DNA of 64,000 nt from a virus: IMG/VR virus record IMGVR_UViG_3300020048_000042, positions 58,313-122,312 of that record, one strand, 5' to 3'. Each line of letters opens with the position of its first letter. The stretch's first letter is position 1. The position numbers were made by a program, and so were the translations under genes. The notes beneath the pieces are model-generated. The model ran no database searches. It was not told the DNA's origin and saw nothing but the letters and a program-made list of their open reading frames with translations. Positions 8,141 through 18,120 of the stretch are shown piece after piece.

Positions 8141-10122
8141 AACTCTAATTTTAATTGTTGAAATGCATTTGAGGGTATTACTTCAGCTTTTGATTCTATC
8201 TTCTTGATCTCATCATAGATCTTATCAAGATAATATTTCTCATTGATCTCATATTCATCCCAAGGTTTCATTTCTACCTTGTTAAATATGCTTTGAAGCA
8301 TTGGACCACTCTCTAATTGTATCTGTCGTCCATCTGGATGACATTTAATCAACTTTGTTCCTTTTTTGGATACAAAGTACCTGACAAGTTTTTGAAGCTT
8401 TCTCTCAAAGAATTCTCCCTTGTCTACGCCACGCTCTACAAAATACCAATTACCTTTAATTTTGGCACCTGCGCAATAGTCAAAGATATCCCTGTTACTT
8501 TTTAAGTAATCTGCAGGATCAATTCCATTAACAAAGTACTGATACCATGCTTTTGGAACTATCAAATTGGATTTGTTTTTATGTAGTGGAAGTTCATCAT
8601 ACTCAAAACGTCCTTTACATTTGGTCTTGCCATCTTTGTAAATAGCAATGTAATTATTTACATCACCAATTATCATCTTTTTATATTCAACTGATTCTAG
8701 TTGAAGCTGTGTCATCTCTTCCCATTCTTTACAAATTGCAAAGAACAGTTCTTCGTCTTTCTCATCTATATCAAATTCAAGACCGTCTGTATTTTGCATC
8801 AAAGGTTGTGCGTTAGGAATTCTTGTGGAAATCATCTCATACAACATTGATAATAACAATTGGCCATTGACTGTAATTCTGAACGTCAGCTCTGGATCAT
8901 ATAGAAAAGAGTATTTACTCTTACTTAGGCCATATGTTGAGTTCAGTACAATCTTAAATAGATAGTTTAATGGATCAGACTTTGGATACTTTTTACGTTC
9001 TTCAAAGAACCATTCGTACAACTCACAAAAATCATGTTTGTTGATCTGTGCAGGAGACCACTTGTTTCTGATAGCAAGGTTTGGATAGTAACTTGTAACA
9101 TCAACACTTAGTATTTTTCTTCCTGCAGCTGGTTCATAGATTCCAGGCTTTGCACAACCATGAATACCACCTAAAGCATAATCAGTCACAACACCTTTGT
9201 GTACCATTCTATGCTTTGGCCCTTTCTTCTTAAGATCTTCTTCTGAACCATCCAGAATTACTGTATCTACAACTAAGTTTTTAAACCAGTTGTGTACAGC
9301 ATTAAACTCAGGAGTTTCAAACTTAACGTAAGGTAATATGACATCACGTATTGTTACATTGCTGCGATAAGTTCGCAGTTCTTTAATGACACGTTTGTCA
9401 ATACCCAGTTTCTCAGAAAGAAAGTGAAGAAATATCTCCTTGGAAATCTTTGGTTCACTAGCTGAAAACAAATTGACATTGTAAGTTTCACTTAATTTTG
9501 CACGCAAATTGATCTGTGATGCCATTGTTTTATTACCTTTTGCGTCCTTCATGTTGAAGATTGCTTTGGTAGACCTGACATCATTAATACAATACTTTAC
9601 AACTAAATCTAAAGTGTCTACATCATTTACTCTTTCATAGTGCGGATGTGGCATTTCTTCCACGTTATCCCAATTCATACTGAACTGAGTCCACTTTAAA
9701 GAGGTTCTTTTGGCATTACTGTCCCAGTGGTTGAGTTTATAAATGTCAACACAACGTATAGTCATCTTGAATTCTGGGTAATCCAGAAACTCACCACGGT
9801 CAGATTTGCCAATAACATATTGTGCATACTCATAAATTCTCTCAGCTAGATACTCACCATCATGTGATGGATCAAGAAACTCTTTCTTGTTTGCAAGTAT
9901 AAACTCAGTAATTTGAGCATCAAACGCAATGTTATTGTAACCTAAATGCCAATCTTTTGCTTCTTTGCTTTCAATGAGAAACTTTACAAATGCTTTAATA
10001 TCATTCTTATGTTTTCCAACAACAAAGATTTTCAGTGCAGTACCATTATAAGATTCAAACACAGCCACAAAACAGTTGACAATGGTTTCGTAGTCCATTA
10101 CCCAGAATTCGCGACTCCTCAT
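8137..10122 (-). CDS. polB: DNA polymerase, family B (crAss-like type)
   Basis: ExoI MDYET, ExoII GYNNIAFD, ExoIII YCINDV; motif A SVDVTSYYPNL, motif B KIVLNSTYG, motif C NTDG. Confidence 0.92.
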   Translation of the reverse strand: MRSREFWVMDYETIVNCFVAVFESYNGTALKIFVVGKHKNDIKAFVKFLIESKEAKDWHLGYNNIAFDAQITEFILANKKEFLDPSHDGEYLAERIYEYAQYVIGKSDRGEFLDYPEFKMTIRCVDIYKLNHWDSNAKRTSLKWTQFSMNWDNVEEMPHPHYERVNDVDTLDLVVKYCINDVRSTKAIFNMKDAKGNKTMASQINLRAKLSETYNVNLFSASEPKISKEIFLHFLSEKLGIDKRVIKELRTYRSNVTIRDVILPYVKFETPEFNAVHNWFKNLVVDTVILDGSEEDLKKKGPKHRMVHKGVVTDYALGGIHGCAKPGIYEPAAGRKILSVDVTSYYPNLAIRNKWSPAQINKHDFCELYEWFFEERKKYPKSDPLNYLFKIVLNSTYGLSKSKYSFLYDPELTFRITVNGQLLLSMLYEMISTRIPNAQPLMQNTDGLEFDIDEKDEELFFAICKEWEEMTQLQLESVEYKKMIIGDVNNYIAIYKDGKTKCKGRFEYDELPLHKNKSNLIVPKAWYQYFVNGIDPADYLKSNRDIFDYCAGAKIKGNWYFVERGVDKGEFFERKLQKLVRYFVSKKGTKLIKCHPDGRQIQLESGPMLQSIFNKVEMKPWDEYEINEKYYLDKIYDEIKKIESKAEVIPSNAFQQLKLEL

Positions 10123-10123
10123 T

Positions 10124-10540
10124 CTACTTCTTTTTTGCAGTTGCTACTGCTTTTTTACCTTCTTCAGTAATTCCTAACTCAAATGCTTCATGAAGCGTAT
10201 TGCTAAATACTTGTGCAGTTTCATTAACAGCAAACAAGTTTACAAAAGCAACAATGTCATTGATGTCTTCAATGTAATACTCATAGTATGAGTTCATGAT
10301 AACACGTTGTTCTTGCCATCCTTGTTCTCCATTAGCACGCTTTGTAGGAATAATATCACCGCGATCATTAAGACGTGGCATCATCATTGGTTTTTCTTTG
10401 CTATCTTTTGATACAACAGCCAATACTTTTTGCTCTGGATCAAAGATTACTTCGTTAAAAGGACAATCAATTGTTGTTGGCAACATGCGAAATGTTTGTT
10501 TCTCATTCCACTTTGTTGCATAAATCATCATGTTTTTCAT
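10124..10540 (-). CDS. hypothetical protein in replication operon
   Basis: 138-aa ORF, 1 nt from polymerase start. Confidence 0.65.
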   Translation of the reverse strand: MKNMMIYATKWNEKQTFRMLPTTIDCPFNEVIFDPEQKVLAVVSKDSKEKPMMMPRLNDRGDIIPTKRANGEQGWQEQRVIMNSYYEYYIEDINDIVAFVNLFAVNETAQVFSNTLHEAFELGITEEGKKAVATAKKK

Positions 10541-10561
10541 GTTATGTAAATTAAAAAGTTA

Positions 10562-11092
10562 CTAATTAAGTTTCAATGTTTCTTTTTCCACATTGAATTT
10601 GTCACAAAGTTCTCCAACTTCTTGGAGTGCTACAACTTCTACCTCAAGTATCTCAGCGTATTGCTTGAAGTACTTTTTAGGAAAGATGTAAGATTCAACA
10701 TATACCCATTCAGCAGTATGAATACCATAATAATCTGAAAGGTGTCTTTTAGCATTTTTTGAAAACTGAGAATACTTTCCAGTTAAAAATGTGTCATAGT
10801 CAAAAGCAACAGGGTTCATATCAAAGATATAAGCTATTCTATTGCCATCAAGTGGAACAATATAGTCCAACATTGAGTGTGTCATAAGTTTGTTTTTCTC
10901 AAAGTCTTCCCATTTGGAAGAGTCTTCTTTCTCATACACACATACAAGTTTTCTTTCAGAATTTGGAAATTCCTCTGGCCAATGCAAATATACCTGCACT
11001 GGCCGTGGATCTTTTGTTCTTTTAAAACCTAACAGTGGATACAAAAAGGTGTAAGACTTTTGAAAGTAAGTTCTATACAGGTCTTTTATCAT
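10562..11092 (-). CDS. hypothetical protein
   Basis: 176-aa ORF with ATGA overlap. Confidence 0.65.
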   Translation of the reverse strand: MIKDLYRTYFQKSYTFLYPLLGFKRTKDPRPVQVYLHWPEEFPNSERKLVCVYEKEDSSKWEDFEKNKLMTHSMLDYIVPLDGNRIAYIFDMNPVAFDYDTFLTGKYSQFSKNAKRHLSDYYGIHTAEWVYVESYIFPKKYFKQYAEILEVEVVALQEVGELCDKFNVEKETLKLN

Positions 11093-12165
11093 ATCTCTAA
11101 TTCATTGTTGTTACTAATAAAACAATAAGGAAGCTCAAAATTTCTTTCATTGAAGTGGAAAGATGCTTCCTCAAGTAACTTGTCAGTTTTTTCTGTCCAT
11201 TTAGACATTGTTTCATCACTAATCTTGATAGGCGCAATTTGCATGAAAGGGTCAGCCACAAGAAATCTAAATACAATAGAATAATCTTTGTATTTTTCTT
11301 GACTTGTGTAGACATGTTCAACAAGTTTCTTATACATTGCAGCTTGTATCCAGTAATTGAAATACTCAATACTGTCTGTGAACTGTGTAATTGTTTTACT
11401 TGTTTTCTTCAAGTCATTTACTCTGATTTCTTTTTTGGAATGGTCTATCACTAAGTTATCAATGATACCACGTAACCCAAATGGATAAGTGTCAGCAAAC
11501 TTTACAAGAACAATCTCGTTGAATTTCTCAACAGGCGAGAATGAATCTGCAAAGAACCCCATTACATCCATCACTGTAGATGTTGAAGTTATTTTTTCTA
11601 CAACTGCTTTACAAAAAGTGTAGGTATCGTCATCAATGACAGTGCGTCCTTCAGATTTTTTCATGTACTCCCAGTACTCGTCATGCTTTGAGTTAACCAT
11701 CTTCTCAATTCTTTGTCCATCTGTTTTTAAGGACTGGTACAAGTTGATGTCTTTTAGTACATCAAGGATTGCTTCAGAAAAATCTTCAAGATTTTCTCTT
11801 TCGTCACCATGAGCCTTAAGCTCTTTGTAATGATTGAACACTGTGTGTAAAACAGAGCGTGGGTTATCGCTTGGCAAATCATTAACACTAATCACAAAAT
11901 TGTCATCAAATGTTTCTGGATTTAATAGCAAGCAGTGTATCAATGATCCTTCAATCATATTTTTGTCATAACTATCTTCTTTTTGTCCTAGAACATAGTG
12001 CTTGTAAAAAGCAGATGGACTAAACGTTAGTTTGTTCAATCCAGAATAAGACATTAAAAAGTCTTTGTCAAAAAATTCTTGCTCCTTCTGTAGTTTTTCA
12101 GAACGAGTAACATCAGCTACAAATTTTCCCATAATAATAGTTTTGTTTTTGTTATTCCATATCAC
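11089..12165 (-). CDS. PD-(D/E)XK exonuclease (RecE/ExoVIII-like)
   Basis: SYSGLNKL...FYKHY, GSLIHCLLL, LRGIIDNL, VNDLKKT, YWIQAAMY; true start probably ATG 12132 (MGKFVAD). Confidence 0.8.
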   Translation of the reverse strand: MIWNNKNKTIIMGKFVADVTRSEKLQKEQEFFDKDFLMSYSGLNKLTFSPSAFYKHYVLGQKEDSYDKNMIEGSLIHCLLLNPETFDDNFVISVNDLPSDNPRSVLHTVFNHYKELKAHGDERENLEDFSEAILDVLKDINLYQSLKTDGQRIEKMVNSKHDEYWEYMKKSEGRTVIDDDTYTFCKAVVEKITSTSTVMDVMGFFADSFSPVEKFNEIVLVKFADTYPFGLRGIIDNLVIDHSKKEIRVNDLKKTSKTITQFTDSIEYFNYWIQAAMYKKLVEHVYTSQEKYKDYSIVFRFLVADPFMQIAPIKISDETMSKWTEKTDKLLEEASFHFNERNFELPYCFISNNNELEI

Positions 12166-12643
12166 TTGGATAGTACTTACCTAGAATGTTACCATTGTAA
12201 CTGTTGGCTGTTAGTACATCATTCTTAATTTGATGTGCAATCTCACAATAGCCCAGGTATTTTTTAGAGTAACATACTTCCAAGATCCATCTGTCATAAT
12301 AGGATGGATCAGTCATTGCTATTTCCTCAAGCAATTCTTTACATGATCCATGGTATGACAACCAAGTTGATTCTTTTACAACGCGTTTAAACGTTTTTCT
12401 TGTCTTTGTCTCTGTTTTTTCTCTTACAGAAATCTTTGTTTTTCGCTCACTATAGAGACTTTTCTTTCCAATGTAGAATCTTCCAGTCTTTTTGTTTGTG
12501 ATAACGTACACAAATCCAACTGCATCTTCATGATTTGGTAGATCTTGAATACAAGAGACTTCTTTTACTAACCCTGATGGGGTTGTTAATTTCCAATTGT
12601 TCATAAAATTGAGGCTTTCTACAAATTTACAGTTTTTTGTCAA
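12152..12643 (-). CDS. GIY-YIG family endonuclease (free-standing)
   Basis: GFVYVIT-N7-RFYIGKK signature, later YxGS and E...YNGNI. Confidence 0.75.
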   Translation of the reverse strand: MTKNCKFVESLNFMNNWKLTTPSGLVKEVSCIQDLPNHEDAVGFVYVITNKKTGRFYIGKKSLYSERKTKISVREKTETKTRKTFKRVVKESTWLSYHGSCKELLEEIAMTDPSYYDRWILEVCYSKKYLGYCEIAHQIKNDVLTANSYNGNILGKYYPSDME

Positions 12644-13628
12644 TGTATTTATCTATTGCAGCTTGTAATTTTGGATAAAAATCATGCAATGCTACGTCCT
12701 TACCATGAACTTTAATGATATCGCTGATATCTTTTTCTCGTGGAAGGTAGATAAATGGTAGCCCATAAGTTTCTTGATAATACTTCATAGAAGCAATGCC
12801 TGCAGTGTCGCTATCCATACAGACAACAACATGCTTATACTTCTTTTTGTACATTTCAATCTCTTCTTTTCTGAGCTTTGCACTTTCGCTTGATGGTGCA
12901 ACACAGTCTATGGTCAAACCAAGACTTTTTATAGACATGATATCTTTTAAAGATGACGCAATTACTAGTGTTTTATGCTTTTGTAATTGATCAGAACCTT
13001 GTAGATATTTACCAAGTGTCAAGAACTTTTGTGTTTTACTTTTAGGATTATAAACCTTGTAAATAGAACCATCTGAATAGTATCCATAACAAGATTGACT
13101 TTCATAATCATAACTCTTTATTACCTGACCTGTATCTAAGTCAACTTGCATTAACGTATAAGATGCTAATGGTAATACGTTATATGACTGAAGAAGACTG
13201 CTTCCTATATTGTATTGTAACCAAAACTTAGCGTCACCATTTGTCCATGGTCTGACAACTTCGTTTTGTACAATCCACTTTAAACTTACAGATTGTACTG
13301 TAACCTTTTGATACTCTCCATCTTTGCAGAAAGTATAATAGTCATTTACTATTTTAACACAAGCATCTTTAAAATTTAGTTTAAAAAGTGCTTGTACAAG
13401 TGCAACACCTCCTCCAAATCTTCCTGATGAGTGACATTTGAAAACATATTTATTTTCATACTTGTCAACATAGAGAAACATGGATGGTGTTTTGTCATTC
13501 TCATTGAATATACTATTGATTCTAACAAGTTGACCTGTAAGAGTTTCTGGTAGATTCAAGTAGTATTTAAAAAGCCATGTGTCTGGCACAGCTTCTATTC
13601 CTTTTACGTATTGTCTACTTGAAAACAT
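12627..13628 (-). CDS. dnaG: DNA primase (degenerate Zn-finger + TOPRIM)
   Basis: SIFNENDKTPSM...FKCHSSG N-terminal domain; SSLKD and CMDSDTAG (DxD) TOPRIM; KDISD. Confidence 0.8.
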   Translation of the reverse strand: MFSSRQYVKGIEAVPDTWLFKYYLNLPETLTGQLVRINSIFNENDKTPSMFLYVDKYENKYVFKCHSSGRFGGGVALVQALFKLNFKDACVKIVNDYYTFCKDGEYQKVTVQSVSLKWIVQNEVVRPWTNGDAKFWLQYNIGSSLLQSYNVLPLASYTLMQVDLDTGQVIKSYDYESQSCYGYYSDGSIYKVYNPKSKTQKFLTLGKYLQGSDQLQKHKTLVIASSLKDIMSIKSLGLTIDCVAPSSESAKLRKEEIEMYKKKYKHVVVCMDSDTAGIASMKYYQETYGLPFIYLPREKDISDIIKVHGKDVALHDFYPKLQAAIDKYIDKKL

Positions 13629-13632
13629 AATA

Positions 13633-13665
13633 CAAAACTATAAAAAAAAGAAAGGGTGAGTCAAA
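13633..13665 (-). promoter_or_regulatory. Bacteroidota sigma-A-type promoter upstream of primase
   Basis: Minus strand TTTG (13662-13665)-N21-TAGTTTTG (13633-13640) fits TTTG/-33 + TAnnTTTG/-7. Confidence 0.5.
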
Positions 13666-13684
13666 TACCCACCCCATTCTTTTA
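13642..13684 (-). terminator. intrinsic terminator after ssb
   Basis: GGGTG/CACCC-centred hairpin flanked by A8 (plus) and T-run. Confidence 0.55.
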
Positions 13685-13701
13685 TTCAACACTCTAAATG
13701 A

Positions 13702-14478
13702 TTATCCAAATGGCAACTCTAGATCATCATTATTTTCTCCTGGTACAGGAAAATCGTCTGCCAGGCTATCTGTCATTGGTGCAGCTTTTGGCTCAAAGCT
13801 TTGAACTGGAACAGAGTCTTCTTTAGTCTCTGGAGTCTCTTCAACTTTTGCACGTACAATGTGTTCAGCCTCATTAAATTCAATAAAGTTTAATGGCTTT
13901 CTGTCATCATCTTCCATTGTTGAAAAAGGATAAAGGTTCTTACGAGGCTGTGCTTTTGGAAAGAACAATCTGTAATTTGGATTACTGTAACCCTCATTGA
14001 AATATTCTTTACCTGCAATAGTAAAGTAACCCCACAATTCTGGATCAATAAGATACTTGCGTACCTCTTGGATGTATTCCTCAATTGTGTCAGCTTCAAC
14101 ACCTTTCTCATTCATCTTTGCAAGAACACCCATTTGTTTTGCTACATTGTTAATCCAGTTGTACATTTGAGTATCTCTCTGAATTACTTTACCCTCATAG
14201 GTATATGTACTAAAAGGCCAGTCGCCAGATTTTACATTACCAATTTGACCTCTGTAGTTACCCAAACTTGGGTTGTTTTTATCAACAGCTAGACCTTCAA
14301 ACTCATCACCTCTGTCAACACCTTCCACTTTCAATACAATGTGGTATGCCTCTTTATTGTAAGCAGGCATGTCAAGTGCTACATCAATTACTCTACAGTA
14401 ATGTGTACCTGGGTTGATGATTTTTGAAGTTCCATTTCCACTTCCACTTTTTTCTTTAAAATCGCTAGACTTAAACAT
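13702..14478 (-). CDS. ssb: single-stranded DNA-binding protein (DUF669-like OB fold)
   Basis: INPGTHYCRVIDV start, long acidic tail ending DDLELPFG; adjacent to Sak4-like ATPase and primase. Confidence 0.65.
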   Translation of the reverse strand: MFKSSDFKEKSGSGNGTSKIINPGTHYCRVIDVALDMPAYNKEAYHIVLKVEGVDRGDEFEGLAVDKNNPSLGNYRGQIGNVKSGDWPFSTYTYEGKVIQRDTQMYNWINNVAKQMGVLAKMNEKGVEADTIEEYIQEVRKYLIDPELWGYFTIAGKEYFNEGYSNPNYRLFFPKAQPRKNLYPFSTMEDDDRKPLNFIEFNEAEHIVRAKVEETPETKEDSVPVQSFEPKAAPMTDSLADDFPVPGENNDDLELPFG

Positions 14479-14496
14479 ACTTTTTGTTTTTTAAAA

Positions 14497-15267
14497 TTAA
14501 TCAATATAAATTTTGTCCCAGTGTGTGATGATACTACCATCCTCTGCTGGCTCAGAGATAACAACTTCTTGATTTCTCAAGTGTTCTGGACGTGCCCCGC
14601 ACGCAATTTCGTCAGTTGTCATAAAGCTCAAGATGTTCTTTTTACCTTTTCTGTAAATGTAACCAATAGCATCTGAGTTAGATGTTGTGATACGTTTCAG
14701 TTTACCTGTCAAATCCAAATCAAGCGAGTTAAACTCTGCTCCATTTTTCTCCAACAAAGTATCCTTGATGTGTCCAACAAAAATAACATGAGGTGCTAAT
14801 GTCTTTACGTAGTTAAGAACTTTCTCAAACGCTTGACGTAACCATGGATAACCTGCACCATTTGGCATATTTAAAATACTACCATACTGTGCTTTTCCTT
14901 CAGTGAACCACTTCTTACCCATTAAGCTTTTAGAATATAATTCTTCAGCATAAGGAACACAAAGAGACTCAAGTGCAGTAATTGTATCAAGTGCAATATA
15001 CTTATAAGGCTTTCCTGCCTCAATAATCATATTACCAATTGTTACAATGTCAGCTACATTTCTAGCTTTAAGCTTTAATGCATCTACGTAGTCACTACCT
15101 TCTTCCAAGTCAATGATAAGACAATTATCTAACTGTGCAAGAAGAGTTGTTTTTCCAACTTTTGGTTTACTAAAAATAACCATGTTTTTTGGACTCTTAA
15201 CTTCAGCTTTTACTTTTTTTGTAGGTAGTACAAACCCACCTTTTACTTCTGGTTTTTCTGCTGCCAT
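14497..15267 (-). CDS. AAA_24 / Sak4-like ATPase (ssDNA annealing)
   Basis: Walker A SKPKVGKTT, IIDLEEG, IALDTIT, FVGH. Confidence 0.8.
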   Translation of the reverse strand: MAAEKPEVKGGFVLPTKKVKAEVKSPKNMVIFSKPKVGKTTLLAQLDNCLIIDLEEGSDYVDALKLKARNVADIVTIGNMIIEAGKPYKYIALDTITALESLCVPYAEELYSKSLMGKKWFTEGKAQYGSILNMPNGAGYPWLRQAFEKVLNYVKTLAPHVIFVGHIKDTLLEKNGAEFNSLDLDLTGKLKRITTSNSDAIGYIYRKGKKNILSFMTTDEIACGARPEHLRNQEVVISEPAEDGSIITHWDKIYID

Positions 15268-15869
15268 GCTATTGTTTGTTTAATTAAGTCGTTTAACCAG
15301 GCTTTGTTTGAAAGAGGTACGTTGTTATGCATGCAATATTTGTCACGCATAGTCATACCACTCAAGTGGCAATCCTCTTTCTCAGAAAACATACCATTGA
15401 AGTCTTCTTCATCTGATGCAATTTCTTTTGGAAATAATTCAGGTACAGCTACAATTTCAGCATATGCTGCAGTGCTTGGTGTAGAATTTACAAGTTCCAA
15501 GTCAGAAATCTTGATAGCATAAGTTGGTGTTTCCAAAGCTGTTGAGACTTCTACATACTTTGCAGGATTCAACTTCCAATTATCATTACTTACTAGTCTG
15601 TACAAAACTCTGTTCTTACGATCATAGTGTTCTTGATCCCAATCAAACATCTCAACATAAAAATCTTTACCTGATGATAATTCATTAGGCCAGAATCTTA
15701 CGCATTCTAATCTTTCCTCTCCAAACTCTTTGCCCATGTAGCATAATTTGGCACCAAACTTTGGACTGGAGATGCCCATTGTTTTAAATAGTGGTAGCCA
15801 AAAAGGAAGATACTCTGCTGAGATCTCTCTGATGTGCTTCTTGGACTCTGTTGCTTTAAAGCTACTCAT
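15243..15869 (-). CDS. hypothetical protein
   Basis: 208-aa ORF between helicase and AAA ATPase. Confidence 0.65.
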   Translation of the reverse strand: MSSFKATESKKHIREISAEYLPFWLPLFKTMGISSPKFGAKLCYMGKEFGEERLECVRFWPNELSSGKDFYVEMFDWDQEHYDRKNRVLYRLVSNDNWKLNPAKYVEVSTALETPTYAIKISDLELVNSTPSTAAYAEIVAVPELFPKEIASDEEDFNGMFSEKEDCHLSGMTMRDKYCMHNNVPLSNKAWLNDLIKQTIAWQQKNQK

Positions 15870-15891
15870 AGTCTAAATTTTAATTAATTTG

Positions 15892-16914
15892 TTACTTTTT
15901 TGAAAATGGTTCTTTCAACGGTTCATCTGCTTCTTCAACAGACATCTTTGCATAATCAGCTCTATACCATTGAATGCTGGTCTCTCCAAATCTATTTTTG
16001 AGAACATGCATCGCTAGTAAATACTTGTCAGAGGGAGTAATAATGTACTTCTGAGGCCCATACCTGGTTATGTTATACTTGGCTGGCCTATTGTACGCAA
16101 TCATTACGTCCGCGCATTGTAAGAGATAGTCACTACCAAACACATCAGCCTCAGTTGGAAAGTTATCCAACTTACCTGGCTTTTGACGTTCAGCATTGTC
16201 AATGTCTCTATTTAACTGAGTCAAAATGATAAAAGTAACTGGGTACTTGTTCTTCATTTCAGTTAACATTGTTGCTAGATTTTGCAGAGTTATCTGCTTG
16301 TTGTTTTCTGATGCCGCTTGTTTCACCAAGAGCGTATGGTCAAGTGTCACGACCATTGGTTTTTTGAACTCACTGTAAAAACTTCTAATGGTATCAGCCA
16401 TCTGACCTACGTTCATTGATCTATCAATTACGTATTCATTTCTACCACCTTGAGCTTTTACATAGCGTTCAAGTTTTTCATAATCCCCCTTAGATAAAGG
16501 AGGCATGCCGTCATCTTCTGCAGATTGCAGGTATCTAATGTTAAGATTGTTGGACGCAGATAATTCTCTGACACCCATATTTCTTCCTAACATCTCAAAT
16601 TGAAAATGTAAGACCATAAATTCTTGGTCTTTATTTAGTTCTTGCAATGATCTTGCGAGCGTTGCAGCAACTAAAGTTTTACCAACACCTGGTCTAGCAG
16701 CAAGAACATACAAAGATTGCCACTCAATTCCATTTAACCCAATAGTGTTAAATCCTTCCCAAGAAGTTTTGAGTGACTTTATCTGTCGTCTTGCTCTTTT
16801 TGCTACATATTCAAGGCTTTCTTCTAAAATCTCACTGTACTTTCTCCAAGGTTTTGGAGCAGAAGATGGTACAGGAGATACTGATAAGACAGTCTCTGAT
16901 GGTGCTTTGTACAT
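15892..16914 (-). CDS. dnaB: DnaB-like replicative helicase
   Basis: AARPGVGKT Walker A, FQFEM, TLDH, ILTQLNRD, ADVMIAYNRP, VLKNRFG. Confidence 0.9.
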   Translation of the reverse strand: MYKAPSETVLSVSPVPSSAPKPWRKYSEILEESLEYVAKRARRQIKSLKTSWEGFNTIGLNGIEWQSLYVLAARPGVGKTLVAATLARSLQELNKDQEFMVLHFQFEMLGRNMGVRELSASNNLNIRYLQSAEDDGMPPLSKGDYEKLERYVKAQGGRNEYVIDRSMNVGQMADTIRSFYSEFKKPMVVTLDHTLLVKQAASENNKQITLQNLATMLTEMKNKYPVTFIILTQLNRDIDNAERQKPGKLDNFPTEADVFGSDYLLQCADVMIAYNRPAKYNITRYGPQKYIITPSDKYLLAMHVLKNRFGETSIQWYRADYAKMSVEEADEPLKEPFSKK

Positions 16915-16937
16915 ACTCTAATAAAATATTTGATGAG

Positions 16938-16969
16938 CAAATATAGTCAAAAAAAATCACATCACCAAA
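16938..16969 (-). promoter_or_regulatory. Bacteroidota sigma-A-type promoter upstream of dnaB
   Basis: Minus strand TTTG (16966-16969)-N20-TATATTTG (16938-16945), full consensus match. Confidence 0.7.
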
Positions 16970-17714
16970 GAATTTTGGTGGTTCCTTTCTTTTCTAACTG
17001 GTTGTTTACTTCATTGAAAACATTGTTACAATCCCATTCTTTTTCTTTTGCGTAAGCAGCAGATGCAGGATGACTTGCTCTCAATATAATCTGGTCATCA
17101 TTTAGTGATTCCTCTAGTTCTTGAGCTTTTTTACCAAGAAACACCCATATATAAGGTTGATTGTTTTCTTTGGATCGTGCATTGAGCATATCAATGAGGT
17201 AATTTGTAAATGGTTCCCAAATGCTAAAGTGTTTTCCAATCTTTCCAACTTCAGTTGTTAGAGTTGTATTCAGCATAAGAACACCTTGGCGACTCCATTC
17301 TACAAGATCTGGATTCAAATCTTTAACATCAACCTTGTTGTTATAAACTGTTTTTGCAATAGCATTATGCATGTAGCGCAATGATGCTTCTTTCTTTCCT
17401 GTGTTTCCACAACTAAAAGAAATACCATCAGCTACTCCTAACTGTGGATATGGATCTTGTCCAACCACAATTACTTTTAACTTGTCAAGTGGACATTCTG
17501 TAAATGCCCTAAACACCATGCGTAATGGTGGTGTAAATCGTTTGTCATCTTCTACAAGGTCTTCTAATGTTCTAATGATTTTTACAAAATCTTCAGATAC
17601 TAAAAAACCTTTAAGTAGATTGTGCCATCCATCTTCAGAATCTAAAGGTTTAAGCATTTTGTACATTTTGTTTGCGACCTCTTCAGGGTCTAACTTGTTG
17701 ATTGAACTTTGCAT
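16962..17714 (-). CDS. ung: uracil-DNA glycosylase, family 1
   Basis: VGQDPYP, GISFS, SLRYM, QGVLMLNTTLT, ASHPAS. Confidence 0.93.
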   Translation of the reverse strand: MQSSINKLDPEEVANKMYKMLKPLDSEDGWHNLLKGFLVSEDFVKIIRTLEDLVEDDKRFTPPLRMVFRAFTECPLDKLKVIVVGQDPYPQLGVADGISFSCGNTGKKEASLRYMHNAIAKTVYNNKVDVKDLNPDLVEWSRQGVLMLNTTLTTEVGKIGKHFSIWEPFTNYLIDMLNARSKENNQPYIWVFLGKKAQELEESLNDDQIILRASHPASAAYAKEKEWDCNNVFNEVNNQLEKKGTTKILW

Positions 17715-17732
17715 AAATTTTTGTTACCTTTG
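17702..17732 (+). promoter_or_regulatory. Bacteroidota-type promoter for the lone plus-strand gene
   Basis: TTG (17702-17704)-N20-TACCTTTG (17725-17732), 22 nt before ATG 17755. Confidence 0.6.
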
Positions 17733-17754
17733 AAAAAAATTAAAAACATACATC

Positions 17755-18120
17755 ATGTCAGACGAAGTAGTAAAATCTTACTTACCATCTGGTGCAGAGG
17801 ATCAAATGATTGATATCATCAAAGAAGACGCAATTTGCGACATCAAGATGAGCACTGGTTATTACAAAAGAATTCAACAAGCGATTGGATTTATTATTGA
17901 AAATAAATCTGTTCCTGTAATTCAAAATGCTCACAAATGCATTGCTGAAAAAAAAGTTACTGAACCATGGGTTTACCATTATGAAACTCTTTTGATTCTT
18001 TGTAAAGAATTTGAAAAAGATGCACGTGCAAATGGGCATATTGAACAAATGACAATTGCTGAAGCACGCGAAGCGATGTTAAAAGCTGAAGAAAAAGCTG
18101 CATCTGAAGAATCTAACTAA
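17755..18120 (+). CDS. hypothetical protein (opposite orientation to neighbours)
   Basis: 121-aa ORF with own promoter; stop codon interlocks with the stop of the convergent gene. Confidence 0.65.
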   Translation: MSDEVVKSYLPSGAEDQMIDIIKEDAICDIKMSTGYYKRIQQAIGFIIENKSVPVIQNAHKCIAEKKVTEPWVYHYETLLILCKEFEKDARANGHIEQMTIAEAREAMLKAEEKAASEESN

